Notes under the pieces: model-generated
Seen by the model: only the letters and a program-made list of their open reading frames with translations
The model's database searches: none
What the model was told of the DNA's origin: nothing
DNA from: Marsupella aquatica
Lineage: Eukaryota; Plantae; Marchantiophyta
Direction of reading: 5' to 3'
Assembly (NCBI GenBank): GCA_973895155.1
Contig: OZ316896.1
Span: forward strand, 4,115,495 to 4,179,494
DNA: 64,000 nt
Program-made: the position numbers and the translations under genes
Shown: positions 11,991-25,086 of the stretch, piece after piece
Position numbering within the stretch: position 1 is the first letter of the stretch
Layout: the number at the start of each line of letters is the position of its first letter

Positions 11991-14067
11991 GAACATATTA
12001 CTGATTCCCGGACTGATGACCGGGCAATAACTACCAACAAGCCTGATTACCTGTTCCTTGAACATAAATAGAGATGAAGACCAAAAACAATATTGCAAAA
12101 AAAGAATTCTATGTTATCTACCATTTATATTTAATTGTCACATCCCCATTTTTTGTTCACCCTCACTTTGTCCTTATTTAGAGTTCAATTTTGTCCTTAT
12201 TTTGAGTGCAGCTTTGTCTTTGTATGGAGTTACATTCTAGAGTCTTCACTCTAGACCCTAGCCCTTAAAAGTAGCTTATATTCTTGATTTATTGGGAGTA
12301 AGATGAGTGGGACCAGATATATACAATGACAAGCCAGATTGTATTTTAATAATTCTTTAAATTAAAGTACAGAGCCATACCAGGATAGGACTACTAACCC
12401 CACTGTTGTGCAATCTACATTTGAAATAGGTTGACATGTGGCATACATAGAAAGCCTGATTTTTATACAAAGTGCAATTGGGGACACATTTGAGTTCAAA
12501 GGCTCGGATGGAGATCCCATGAGAGCCTATATGGTGATGGTGCAGCAGATGTATTCCAAAGAGCACGGTGGCAAAGAGTAGTAGGGCACCGAACTCATAC
12601 TCCAATTCTACCCCAGTATTAGTTGTGCCCCGAGAGTCAGTCTTCACTCTAGACTGTAGGCCTTTAATTACCCTAGTTTTAGTTTTGCACTTTATTGGAT
12701 AGATGCGGGCAATTGGGCCCTTTTTCATTGTCTTCAGACTCTGGAAAACCACTCAATTTCCCTCCTACGCCCTTGGTGCAATCTCCATGATTGAAGCCTG
12801 AGTGGATAAACCTCCAAATTTGCCAAAATGCTCAGTTAGACTTCTGCAACCCAAATGGACTGCAGCAAAACCCTCTTTTCTGCTCATATAGTACATATAA
12901 TTACTCTAATACCAATGAGTAAAATGTGACAGGAAAATAAGACAGTCATCTTTGGAAATTTGTAGGTATCTCTAAATTTGACGATGTTAGGCTGATTGAC
13001 AAGATCTTTCCTAACAGTTGTAACAAATCCATGAAATAAGATTCCATTGGATGTTGAGGGAGATACTGAATGTCAAAGTTAAATAATTGCTAAACTCCTT
13101 TTTGAAAAATGCAAATTGTGGTCAGTAAGTGATGGGGTGATTTTAGAACCTTGTAACTTGTCTAGGAGTGTCCCAAATGTTGACAATGAATGTCGATCAT
13201 GGATATGGCTGCGGCTTTCCCCTTTAGGCCCCAGATTTGTTTCTCACCTACCTGCGCCTTAAAGACTTTCTTGAAAGGACTTTCTTGAAACACAAGACTT
13301 CAGCAAGCCAGGGGACAACTTTTTTCTCCTCATCTTTAAGTTGATTTTCTCCTCCACTCTATTTACTAAATATCAGGCTAGTCACTGTAGTCGGAGGAAT
13401 GCGTCCAGCCTTACAAAACATCACATAACAGATGATCGTAATATTTCATTCATTCTCGGGGTCTGGCTTCTAAAATCTCTCCTATCAAATGCTAAGGTCA
13501 AATTATTACAAAGAATGTATATGGAAGCAAGGACTCAAAAATTCAAGAATATCACAAAAAAGTCATCATATGACAACTTTCTGTACCACTAATTTTTCAG
13601 TTGATAAGGGTATCTAAAATAGTACAAGCCGTCACAGGTGATTCAGTGTGGATTCAAATAGTGAGACCTCCTAGTCTTCATTGCTCTCCAGGGACAATGC
13701 AAAAGCCGGGTACTGTCCTTTCGCAAATACAGGGCGCAAACCATGAATGGAAGTCTCTCTCAGTAATACCACATATCTACACAAGTGATGTTCTTCATTC
13801 AAACGCTTGAAAGTAACCACTTTGGAGGTACGATTGGACTCATCAACTGGCTATTGACGTGCTAAATATCGATGCACATGCATGATAGCACTTCCGTTAC
13901 ACTGGTGCATATGAATGTTTTTGTTAAAAGAAAAGCACCCAGTGCTCTTGGTCAAGTACAAAGCACATTACCACATTTACAGACTACAGCGTCAAACTTC
14001 AACTCTAGTCCAAGAATGAAGTTTACATGACTGTACGTTATAACTACAACCCAAACAGTCGAGAATC

Positions 14068-15313
14068 TCACCCAAAGTTTGTGAGCACCTTGCTAGTGAC
14101 ATGCTCACCGTAATAGACAGCATCATATTATGACTTTCCCCCTGTTCTTACTGTACACATCTCCAGCGGTTCAACGGCAGCTTCAAAATTGGGCTGCAAC
14201 GAAAAGACGAGAGTGCATCATCAATTCCAAGTTTAGGTCCATTCATTCAAAACATATGGCCAAGTAAAGAGCTCACGCGACCACGAAGCGAAATGTCGCC
14301 ATGGATGGAATACACAACACTAAAAAGATTGTCCACCATCAAGATGCAGATTGAGCCACGCCGGGCCAAATACAAATGTCTTCTAGATGCAAAGATCTAG
14401 AAGACACACAGAAATGGAAGTAAAAAGTTGTAATGAGCTCCTCTCTTGGCAACCTTCTCCGTGCAAAATCATACCTCGTAGAAGAAGGGTACAGATACTC
14501 TGTACTTGGACTCATTGTTAAGCACTCGATGGATCGTAGGTTGGTAAATTCCATTGCTCCAAATCTGGGGACATCATATATTAGCACTATTAGAACTGTA
14601 CGAGACTCGCGAGCTGTGGCTCTCGGTGAATTGAACTCTTGACGTGGGAACTGATCGAGATCTCTTTTGAAATTCTTCCCATCTATCTGTTGACACAAAT
14701 ATATAGATAGAAGCGAGAGCCAGAATATATCACAATACACATTTGCGAAGTTCTGTATTTGATACTTGAGTAATTCCCAGGTTAAAGCGAGCGAAAAGTT
14801 CGTCTCAAGAGCACCATCTTCGCTATACACCATAGGACTGACGAATTGAATGGGAAAAGAAAAATTGTCAAACTCCCGTCTTTAGAGTTACGAGTTAAAG
14901 ACCCTAACCATCTATTTCTACTGCCACATGACTCTGGTGTTGATGACTAATGCAGAATTTTGAGTAAGAACTCTGTACAAGAATATTACCTTCAACATGT
15001 GACCAATATTGACCACAAACGTTCTTCGAATGGGGTCGGCCCAAATCCATTCTCCAGCCTGATTATTCACCTGCGTACAAGAGGCAGCACGCTTTCCTTT
15101 CTTGGTTTCTGGTCTATGAACATCATGAGCAGACTTCTATGGAACGTACATTGGAAAATTAGTGAAAACCATAAACATCATGAGCACACTTCTGTGGTGT
15201 ATTGGAAAATTAGTGAAAATCACTGAAAGTTTGACAACTTGTTCGTCTAAATTATACGTGGAGAACCTGGAGGGCCTTTACGCTGTCATCTTAGTTGACA
15301 AGAGTGAGTAAAC
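14068..15313 (-). pseudogene. 2-oxoglutarate/Fe(II) dioxygenase pseudogene, C-terminal 4 exons (DIN11/At3g50210-like)
   Basis: GT-AG exons: 15313-15267 (GLLTLVN*DDSVKALQ), 15070-14990 (VNNQAGEWIWADPIRRTFVVNIGHMLK), 14564-14475 ([30 protein letters not shown], with the distal His and RxS motif) and 14193-14068 (PNFEAAVEPLEMC...GKS*YDAVYYGEHVTSKVLTNFG*). In-frame TAA at 15291-15293 and 14128-14130. The upstream HxD exon was not found. Confidence 0.85.
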
Positions 15314-17503
15314 CTACATGCACGAAAAACCTCTGTCATATTGTTAACATCGACCATTTGAATACTCAATCACAACATTCAAGGAATACCTGCGAATACC
15401 CACTGCGGGTACTCATATAGGAATCCGAACATTGAAAAACTAAGAGTACATTTATAACCGATCTCTCAGTTTATGATAAACACTGGTCAATTCGTGGGCG
15501 CTTCTTGCCGCCAAATGAGCTCCCTAACGAAAGAATGACACGAAAAACAAGATGATGTAGTTCCTCTTTGACTCCATCCCTCCTTTCTTTCACCTCACTT
15601 CTATTTAGTTTTGTCCTTATCTTGAGTCAATGTCACTTTTATTAAACCACACCTGCCCAGATAAAAGACACATTCTCTTCATTTGTGTCTTGTGATGAAT
15701 AGTATCTCACCTTAAAAGGTGGAGTAGTCAGCATCTCCTGAACCTGTGCACTTTATAATGAGAACTAAGGGTAACCCATAGCTCTTTTTACCTGCAATAG
15801 TGGTTTAATCTTTGCTCCCTTCCCCTTTTTTGGGGACCACCTCACCTTTCAGTTTTGTCCCCCTGAGAGTTACAGTCTTGAGGCTTCATTCTAGACAATA
15901 GCCCTTGAAGGTAGTTTTGCATTGCGCTTCATTAGTAAGATATAAATCTGAATAGATGGTATGCTTGCTAATGCAAATGCAATCTGACCAATCAGGTAAT
16001 GTAGTTTGGCCACCACAAGAAGCAACCCAAATGGGAGTTGGAAATCAGGTTGGAAATTTATTTTGTGGAAAATTACAAAATTCATCCCTACAAGTTACCA
16101 TAAATTACCTTAATACACTTAAAATTTGAGACTTACAAAACAACTCACAATTATCTCCGCTAGGCAAAGGTGTCCCCCTTGGGTGTACATTGATTCACAC
16201 AATGGCCAGAGATCTGTCAGTGGTGTTTTGTAGCAAATCTACTTACATTTTACTGTATTGTGCAAGGACACTGCACATTGCATAGCTACAGAAATTTGCT
16301 TTGTTATTTTCAAATGTACGTTTGACATGGGTTTTTCTTTAAAGCTCACAAATTTGTTACACCTTTTGACATAGGTTTAACTTAGTTTGGAGCTTGCAAA
16401 TTTTCAACCAAGCAAATGGGGTGAGAGCTGAGTTGAATCAAAGTCTGATGTTACCAGAACCGATTGTTGAATTGGACAACCTGGGAAATTCAACAAATGA
16501 ATGCCGAGTTTTAACGATTGAAGGAGTGTTCAGGTATGACAAGATGTGGCAAACACCAGAGGAGAAAATGGAGAGCAAAAGAGGAGTCAGAAGGAGAAAC
16601 TGAAACTGAATGTAGCAATTCCACTTTATTTAACTCCTATAAGACCCCATTGTATGACAGGAAGTGGCTATGACAAGAGCAAAACTGTTGTCTGAGTCTC
16701 CCATCGGGAGTGTTTCTCCTTTACCAGTTTAGGAGGTAAAGGCAATCAAAGGTACGGCATACAATATGTTGCTGGGTGCATATGTCATTTTCTACCCATT
16801 ACCTGTTTTTATTTTCCTTCCACCTTTCTGTATGCTGACTGAATCCCATTACCTTTTTTTCCTACTGTCATACAAGTAATATTTGCTAAAAAAAACTCAC
16901 CTTAATTTCTCCTTATGTAGGTGCTTTTTTTGGAGTACTGGTCCATGATGTGAATTTTTTTGGGGTTGGTCCATGATGTGAGTTTTCCCCTGGAGTTGAA
17001 AAAAGTTGAATGATGCCTTTGGAGTTCCAAATGTGACAAGGCGAATTCAATCAAAGGCCCTTCCAAGTGGGCATCCATGGCATTGTTAGATCATCTCCAC
17101 CAGTAGAGTCAAATGCACATGTAACCTCCATAACAAGGATATAGTTATTTTCTTAGTGGTGGCCCATATCCCTAAATAGATGGCAGGCAGCCTCCATTTT
17201 TATATCCCTTAACCTGACCTCCATATTTGGTAGAAATGACAGCCAGGAGCCAGACCTCTATCCTACCTCTGTTCTCATCTTTATCAGAGATTCCACCACA
17301 TGTCACAACATCCTAGACATGCTTGAGATTTTGAACCTATACATGACAACACATCATTTTGGAGGAATAGTGATCAAAGAAAGGAGGGAAACACTTCCTC
17401 ATTGAATTGAGTATAAGTATTTTCTAATTTCCAAGACTTTAAAAATTAATGATGGGTTACATTTTGAGAGTTTAGAGACAGTAAATTAAAATGTCTTACT
17501 TGA

Positions 17504-17662
17504 TAAACCCCATGAGACCCCATGAACTTTTGGGTACATTGATTTGAGATCTATCAAGGGTCTGGATGACTGCATTTTGGGGGAAACCCCATGAGACCCC
17601 ATGAACTTTTGGGTACATTGATTTGAGATCTATCAACTGTCTGGATGACTGCATTTTGGGGG
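17504..17662. repeat. Tandem duplication, 2 x ~80 bp
   Basis: AAACCCCATGAGACCCCATGAACTTTTGGGTACATTG...GCATTTTGGGG occurs twice. Confidence 0.85.
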
Positions 17663-18325
17663 TCCATCATGTATCGCTCTCCCCACCTGATCTATTATTT
17701 TTACATTTTGAATTTAGAGGTCATTGACCCTTGAACAGCTCGAGAACTCTCTTAGTGACCAATTGGAGTGTGTCATCGGAGCTACTCCAAGGTTTGTGGG
17801 TGCCATACGTGAGGCGGATGAGATCTTAGATAAGATTTTTCCTGGTGACCTCTTCCTTCGAGGAGTTTCATAATCGACTCTCCTCCATCTCCGGAACCCT
17901 TTTGCAGCGGTGTGCGCCTCATCTGCTCTGCCTCTCGACCTCGGAGACGCAAATCCAGTCCAGTCCAGTGCAGTCGAGTCCAATTTTTCTGAATCTCTTG
18001 ACTGCTGGGCCCAGATTTCGAAAAGATTTGTGTCGAAGCGAGGTGGGTGGTGGTGCATTCTGTAAGCAGGGATTTCTTGCTGGACTTGTGTGATGTGAGT
18101 GAGCTGTTGTCTGGCCATGAGGTTGTCTGTTTCTGAGATAGAAATAGTTCTCTACAATCATGCACTCTCTCTTACCTGTCCATCAGGGTCTCGATCTGGT
18201 TGTGGGATGGGATGGAATGTGACTTCTGTTTCGTCGACTGAGTTTGGGTGCTGTGTCAGCGTGTTTTGTTCCAATTCTGAGCCATGGCCGGTGGTGGAGC
18301 CAGACATTGTGGATTGCTGCTTCGT

Positions 18326-18463
18326 TCTCTGAAGTTGTTTTACAACCTGCCTAAACTCTTTATTGTTGAGTAGAACTCTAGTTGTGCTAGAGCGTCTCTG
18401 AAGTTGTTTTACAACCTGCCTAAACTCTTTATTCTTGAGTAGAACTCTAGTTGTGCTAGAGCG
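18326..18463. repeat. Tandem duplication, 2 x 69 bp
   Basis: CTCTGAAGTTGTTTTACAACCTGCC...GTGCTAGAGCG occurs twice. It produces the repeated peptide in ORF 18158..18769. Confidence 0.85.
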
Positions 18464-18846
18464 AATGTGTGACTTTCCTGCTGTAGATGTGGAGGGTTTT
18501 AGCTGAAGATTACCACATTCCTTTAGGAATTTGTTGAATTTGTTGCAATCCCCGGGGCAGGGGTACGACGAAGTGGGGGAAAGCTGCTTCGCTGCAATAC
18601 TCTTGTTTCTTGTTTGACTTGAAAAATTGGCGTGCAGGTTGACCCGCCGCAGAAAGGATAAGGGAGGCCCGACCCGCACTCCCTTCCACTCCTGAGGGGT
18701 CTTTACGACCGGTAACCGGGCAACGTCAGCCCAGAGGGCAGCCGCACCGCCCACCGCGCCTTGAGTCACGGAGCAGTGTAGAGCAGAGGTCGAGACTCTG
18801 GTGTCATTTTGGTACCATTTTTGTTTAGCTGCTGCTGGTGTTGGTG

Positions 18847-20533
18847 ATGGAGATGGCCGCTGTTTCAGCTACTTTTGTCGGTCCTGTTCTCGGACCTGTT
18901 GCTGCTCGGCAGACAGCTGCAACCCAGGTGAGGATCTCAATCGGAGGCCATAACGAGCGCTCTTTGAGAAATTCTCGGAATAGGAGGACGACGGGCAGAT
19001 GCGGAGCAGTCAGGGCACGTTTGGGCGCCTCCGAGAGCTTTGAGAATGGTGAGAATAAGCTGGGCGGTGGGTTTTATTCCCATTTTGGAGCAGAGGGGAG
19101 GAAATATCAGCTGGGCGGTCGGAATGGGATCAAGGTTGAGAATAGGGCCGGTGTCAGATGTAATGCATCATCAGCATCCTCCAGGCCAGCATCGCAGCCA
19201 AGGTTTATCCAGCACAAGCAGGAGGCATTCTGGTTCTACAGGTTCTTATCTATAGTTTATGACCACGTCATCAACCCGGGTCACTGGACTGAGGACATGA
19301 GGGAGGATGCTCTGGAGCCAGCTGACCTGAATGACAAGGATCTCGTGGTTGTGGATGTGGGTGGGGGAACTGGTTTTTGCACTTTAGGGATAGTCAAGAC
19401 GGTGGATGCAAAGAATGTCACCATCTTGGATCAATCCCCCCACCAGCTCGCCAAGGCCAAGGAGAAAGCTCCGTTGAAGGATTGCACCATATTGGAAGGA
19501 GATGCTGAGGATTTGCCCTTCGAAACAGATTATGCTGACCGATATGTGTCTGCTGGGAGGTACGCTTCAAATTCTTTGTAGTCAACTTCGGATGTGTTTG
19601 TTCTACGTAGGACGGTCACATTCAGCTTTCTCCTTGGATACAATTTATGAGCTCATAAATTAGAAGGACTGACATTTCAAATTCTTTGTAGTCAACTTCG
19701 GATGTGTTTGTTCTACGTAGGACGGTCACATTCAGCTTTTGTCCTTGGATACAAATTATGTGCTCATAAATTAGAAGGACTGAATCAGTAATTCCTGTCT
19801 TTTTCAGCATTGAGTACTGGCCGGATCCACAGAGAGGTATCAAGGAGGCCTACAGAGTCTTAAAGAAGGGGGGCAAGGCATGCTTGATCGGTCCCGTGCA
19901 TCCCACTTTCTGGCTCTCGAGGTTTTTCGCAGATGTATGGATGCTCTTTCCCACGGAAGAGGAATACATGGATTGGTTTACCAAAGCAGGTTTCACCGAT
20001 GTCAAAATAAAGAGGATTGGACCCAAGTGGTACAGGGGTGTAAGAAGGCATGGTCTCATCATGGGATGTTCTGTAACAGGAGTGAAATCAGAAGCTGGTG
20101 ACTCTCCACTACAGGTACCTGTTCACCTAACTTCAGCTCTCAATTTTTGTCGGTGCGTGTTCAATTGGACATGCATCTAAGACACATTGGAAGAACCGAC
20201 AGCCTTCTTCGTTACGTTTTTCTCTTTCTTTTTGTTATGTTTTGTTTATTTTGTTATTTGATTGGATTGGAAAGAAGAGCAGTGCATTGAAATTTGGACC
20301 CAATATTTATCTGGACATTGCAGTTTAACTGAACTGAAAATTCAGGCATTCTTAAAATGTACTTGTGGTCATTGCAGATGGGACCAAAGGCAGAGGACTC
20401 GAGCGCTCCATTCAATCCACTCACATTCGCTTACAGATTTCTAGTTGGAACAATTGCTTCTTTATACTATGTCCTCATACCTATCTACATGTGGCTCAAA
20501 GATTTAGTGGTACCCAAAGGTGCTGCCATTTAG
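18847..20533 (+). CDS. VTE3: MPBQ/MSBQ methyltransferase (tocopherol/plastoquinone synthesis), chloroplast
   Basis: Exons 18847-19559, 19808-20114 and 20378-20533. Transit-peptide-like N-terminus, PRFIQHKQEAFWFYRFLSIVYDHVINPGHWTEDMR, SAM motif VVDVGGGTG, SIEYWPDPQRG, C-terminal hydrophobic segment ending VPKGAAI*. The start could be 18847 or 18853. Confidence 0.95.
19569..19782. repeat. Intronic tandem duplication, 2 x ~110 bp, in VTE3 intron 1
   Basis: AAATTCTTTGTAGTCAACTTCGGATG...TTAGAAGGACTGA occurs twice. Confidence 0.85.
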
Positions 20534-23500
20534 ATGCAAACTTAGTCTCTGTTTATAGATATCATTTGGGGTGCGATTCAAAGCATAGGATATTAGATCA
20601 CTTGCAGCAGCGGTCCCAAGTGGTACACAGTGGCCTCCTGATGCAAATCGTCACCTAAATTCAGTTAGGAAACCAAAAGTGTATCCTTGATTCTAACTAG
20701 TTTCGGTTTCATGAGAGCTTCCATTGCAATTAGGTGATCTCGGCATTCGTTGTAGTATATATGTCCTCTAAGAGTAGAGGTTGTAACGAGGTTCGACATT
20801 ATTTCCTTGAGCTGTGCACAGAGGATTGAATTTCTCATCTTTTATACATCAGCAAACCCCCAGTTGGCGTGTCCGGGGAAGGGAAACCTAAAATTGTGAT
20901 GTGTGCTCACCAGTGTAGGGCCATCTCTTTGTGGGCAGTTGTCTATTTTTACCATTTTGCAGGAGCTTCTAATGGCTAAGAGGTTACCCATAACATTTGG
21001 CTCTTTCCGTTGTTTTTGTACATCGTGAATTTTAACTTGCAGGCGTAAAGATACATAGTCATGCAGTATGACTATGTATCTTTACGATGTCAGCCGCATC
21101 CAAACCCAGAAATGCCAAACCATCTTAGTTGTCAAACCTGTCCGATAGAAAGGGGTTTCTCTTATCTTATCACAGAGTTGAGATTCACGAGACAACTGAT
21201 GCCGTCCCTAACACAGATTAAACCCCACACCTGTCGCAAACTTTGATGAATGTTTTGTTTCCAGTTCAATGTCCTTCCACAGATTTGAATTCTCTCTCCT
21301 AAATCTCTCCCTGGTCTCAGGAAGCGATGACAACTCAACATTGCGATCGCGAAGAAAACGCCCATGATTGATATGTGGTCGATATCACAGGCACCACACT
21401 AGTTGGCTTACAGCTCCGAAGACAAATACTTTGAGCTCCCAGTCCCATTACCAAGATTTTGGCCTTCCCATCAGTAGTCGTCTGTTTTGCCGGAAACAGG
21501 TCCATGCGGTTTTCAAGTTCCTGAACTCCGTGATTCTTACTCCGAGAGTAAGGGTGGGTTCCCACCAATCGTTAAGTTTTTAACTGATCCAAGGAAAAGT
21601 AACTGGCGCAGGGTTCCTATAGGGTCAATTGGCAGGTGTCGTAAATTGTTAAAATCATTAACCATCATTAGTTAGACTCAGTTGCTGGGCGAGTACTTAA
21701 CCAGGAAGGTAAGTGCCAAAAAGCATGGAACTTAACTTGATAAGTTTTTTCACTCCGTCGAAGTTGACATTTATTCTATATGACATGCACGTCTCGTGGC
21801 CGGGTCGTTCGGCACTGTTTGAACGGACATTGCTAATTTTGATCTTGTGGCCCAATGTGTTCCTATTATTAACGTGACAAAGCTAAAGAGTTTGCATTCT
21901 AAGCATCACATTCTAAGCATCACTGATTCTTTTGCGCAATTCCTTTCAAGCTAGAGAAGCAAGTTCAGTTGCTGGCAACATTGCAGCTTCAACTCCACCT
22001 GCTGCTACGGTCATTCTTGATTCCCCTTCATTGGTTAAAAACGATGTGAGAACTGGGAGCGAGAATTGTAGAGCACAGTACTGTACTAAATCCTGCAAGA
22101 AATGGAGTCGAAGCTCGAGGATTCGGTGATTTCTTAGATGGTAATTTCTTGACAGGTGATACCCCAAATAGCCTGCAAAGTTTCATGATCTTTGGATCAG
22201 TGCGTGTTCATAATTTGTGGCAAGCTCGCACAATAATCCTATCGATAGTTGTCCTCCTTTAAAGCAGGTGATTTCTTGACAGACACTATCCTAAACACCC
22301 TGCAGGAGATTCCTGTTCGTCGAATTAGTCCGTGTTCATAGTTTGTGCCAAGCTCGCCCCCAATATCGATCTCACTTCAGATTACTGCGTATTCACAATC
22401 TAATGTAAGCTCGCACAAGACATGTTTTCTCCAGAGTAACGACAACGGTACAGTGGACCAATTTCCAGATGTCTTAACGAAATTTATCACAGTACGAACG
22501 GAATCAAAAACAACGGTTTGTTTCACGAACTGAATCAACTGGGAAATTCGTTACTGAGCTCTCATCATTGAATTACCTAGCTTGAGTCTCTTCTCCAATG
22601 CTCAATGAGACAGCAATGTCCGTCGATATTTCCTACATGATGTGGAGTTCAATTCAACTAGGACCTTCTCATAATACTTTTACATTATCTCCTTTGTATT
22701 CCATTGGAAAAATCATCTGGTCCCTTGAATCCGGAGTAACTGTTCCTTTATTTATGCAATGCAACTGTTAAGGGAAATCTCCATGGCCCGTAAACATGTC
22801 TGAAATTCACTCTCTATAAAGGTGGACATAAAAATTATACAGCTTGCCCAGAATAAATCAAACAGCTGGGCCTAAAGACAAGGCGACGTTTCACTCGACT
22901 CAAAGAACTCCTCTCTGTCCATGAAAAGTTTAGAAAAAATCCTTTCTTTCACGGGAAACTGATAGACATGCATATCACTAGCTCAAGAGGTGTCAAAGGA
23001 CATGACATTCAGGAACTAAAACACCCAAAAAGTTTATAGTCATGCCAAACTGAGGCAGAGAAAGGCAAAATAACGAAAACTGCCACTTCTTCAAGTTTCA
23101 AAATCTTCCAAAACCCAACCCTCACTCCATTCAGAAGCCCGTTCAGAAGCCACGACAGTTCAGGATAAAACCTTCAAAACAGAACCAGACCAGAGGCAAC
23201 GGAGTGGTACTTCAAATTTCCAGGCAGTTGTGTAATTTGTCCACCAGAAACGCCAGAGCCGACAATGATTAAATAGCCCTGAGATGTGCTACTGCCTGAA
23301 TCAGACGGTTTTGCCAAAATTCTGCTACGTTGTTACTATCCCATGGGCAAAATAAAAACAAATGCAATTGTCAGCCGCTGTGCTGCAACAAAACTGGCAG
23401 TGCTATGTGGGCAACAGTTGCCTTCTCACCTCTGCATCTAGATTGAGTTTCATTTGACGGCATGGTCCATATGAATTCGGCCCAGACCTAACCTAGCGTT

Positions 23501-25086
23501 GCGCAGCTTGTGGTGAGAGGGTCATCGTGCAAATAGTTCTTTCTTTGACGGTTGTCAAGATGCCAAGGTAATCACAACAAACGGAGTTTTACCAGATCAG
23601 TACACATATTGGTGGTTGCTGATGCCGTGAGATAACATGACAACAACATTCATGTGTTTCCCTGACGGCAAATATGGAGTCAGTTCCTTAGGAGAGGCAT
23701 GACTTTTGCCCAAGTTCAGGCAAAAGTCACTATTTTCCCAGGAGTAGATTTGCAGAGCGCATCAAGACAGCTTAAGATAAGGTAATATTGGTCAGCATTT
23801 CTGCTTGGTATTGTACTTTACTGTAGACTATGTCAACCACCAAAGTGGCATCTGCGTGGATATCTTTATTTTAAGAAATGGACAAGATGGAACAGTTCAT
23901 AGAACTGTTGTACTGGAACAACCTCAAATGTAGGATGCAGCAATTTACAGACCCTTCAAATCTACTCTAGAGGATCCATAAGATTGAATTACTTGGGAAG
24001 CTTGAGCCCATAAGAAATCACGGAGCCATCCGTAAATAGTAATTGAACTTTCAAGTAGCCTGTTCAAATTGAATCCCCCAATGATTACGGATGTCAATCT
24101 GTTGTGCCTTTGCTCACTCGCTAGGAACGATAGTGGTCATGGAGAAAGGACCTCCAACTTGTCTGTTGTTTCGCGTCTTCCAAGACCTGGCATTACTCAA
24201 CGATAGAAAGGAAAGCGGAACGGCTTGGGTCAGCTGTATAGTCTCTCTCTTTTAAGACCGTCACTGATGTGTAAGGAACACACAATCCTGATCGTTAGAA
24301 AGAAAAGTCTTCTCTCTCGCAAGAATAGTCTGCTCTGTCTCTCAACAATCTTCGGACCTCAACTAGGGAAGAGTGCAAGCCTTAAAGCAGTATCGGCACC
24401 ATTGTCCGAAGTGCGGCCCCACTGGAATATTACCCTGCCATTTATAGCAGTGTTCGTCGATCACGAACACCTTATTGCCACTGGGCCGGCTGAAAAAAAA
24501 CTTGGCAAGAATTATGGAATAACCATTGAATCTTCGCCATTTGGTTCTCTTTTCCAGACTGAGTCGTCCATTCTTCATCTTGACCTTTCTTCGCATCTTC
24601 CAAATACTGCTGAGCCCGATCCCAAAATCCAGATTGTGTGTTGATGTGGATTGAGGCAAACAATTAGCGTCTTCAGAAGCTAAATTACTCAGGAGCGGAA
24701 GGTTCCTGTTGACCCTTCTGGTGGAGATTTCATAGACAAGCTTGCGACATTATGACCTGAATGCATCCAATTATGACAATTGAGATCTTGGAGTGACAGA
24801 GCGAAAAGGAACTATTACGAGCAACACACAATCGGGGCGGATAGAGAGCTCAACATGACGGGATACGATCTACTGTAACCAGAACTGACGAGAGAAAGCG
24901 GGCATTAAAATTCTGCAACTTACCAATAGTAGAGTGACGCTGTTTGCCTTGCCTCTTCCCTTAGCACTGACTTCCAGTGTGGACTACTAGGCTTCTCTTG
25001 TACGCATCCTTCTTCTTTGTCCAACACGTGGAGTTGAAGCTTACCATCTCATGGTACTTATTCATACCATGGTGATTTGTAAAACA

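Noticed and set aside
14339-14833. 164-aa minus-strand ORF
   Set aside because: It is in a different frame from the dioxygenase exon it overlaps and has no recognisable motif.
14128-15293. TAA stops repaired by U-to-C RNA editing
   Set aside because: That editing is organellar. This locus is nuclear with spliceosomal introns, and it carries other damaging changes.
16650-16875. 11-bp inverted repeat TTGTATGACAG/CTGTCATACAA as a possible MITE or solo LTR
   Set aside because: No TSD and no second copy in the window.
20900-24660. Short ORFs and a ~128-bp degenerate duplication (22140-22370) between VTE3 and CDC20
   Set aside because: I could not build a consistent exon chain or recognise any protein motif.
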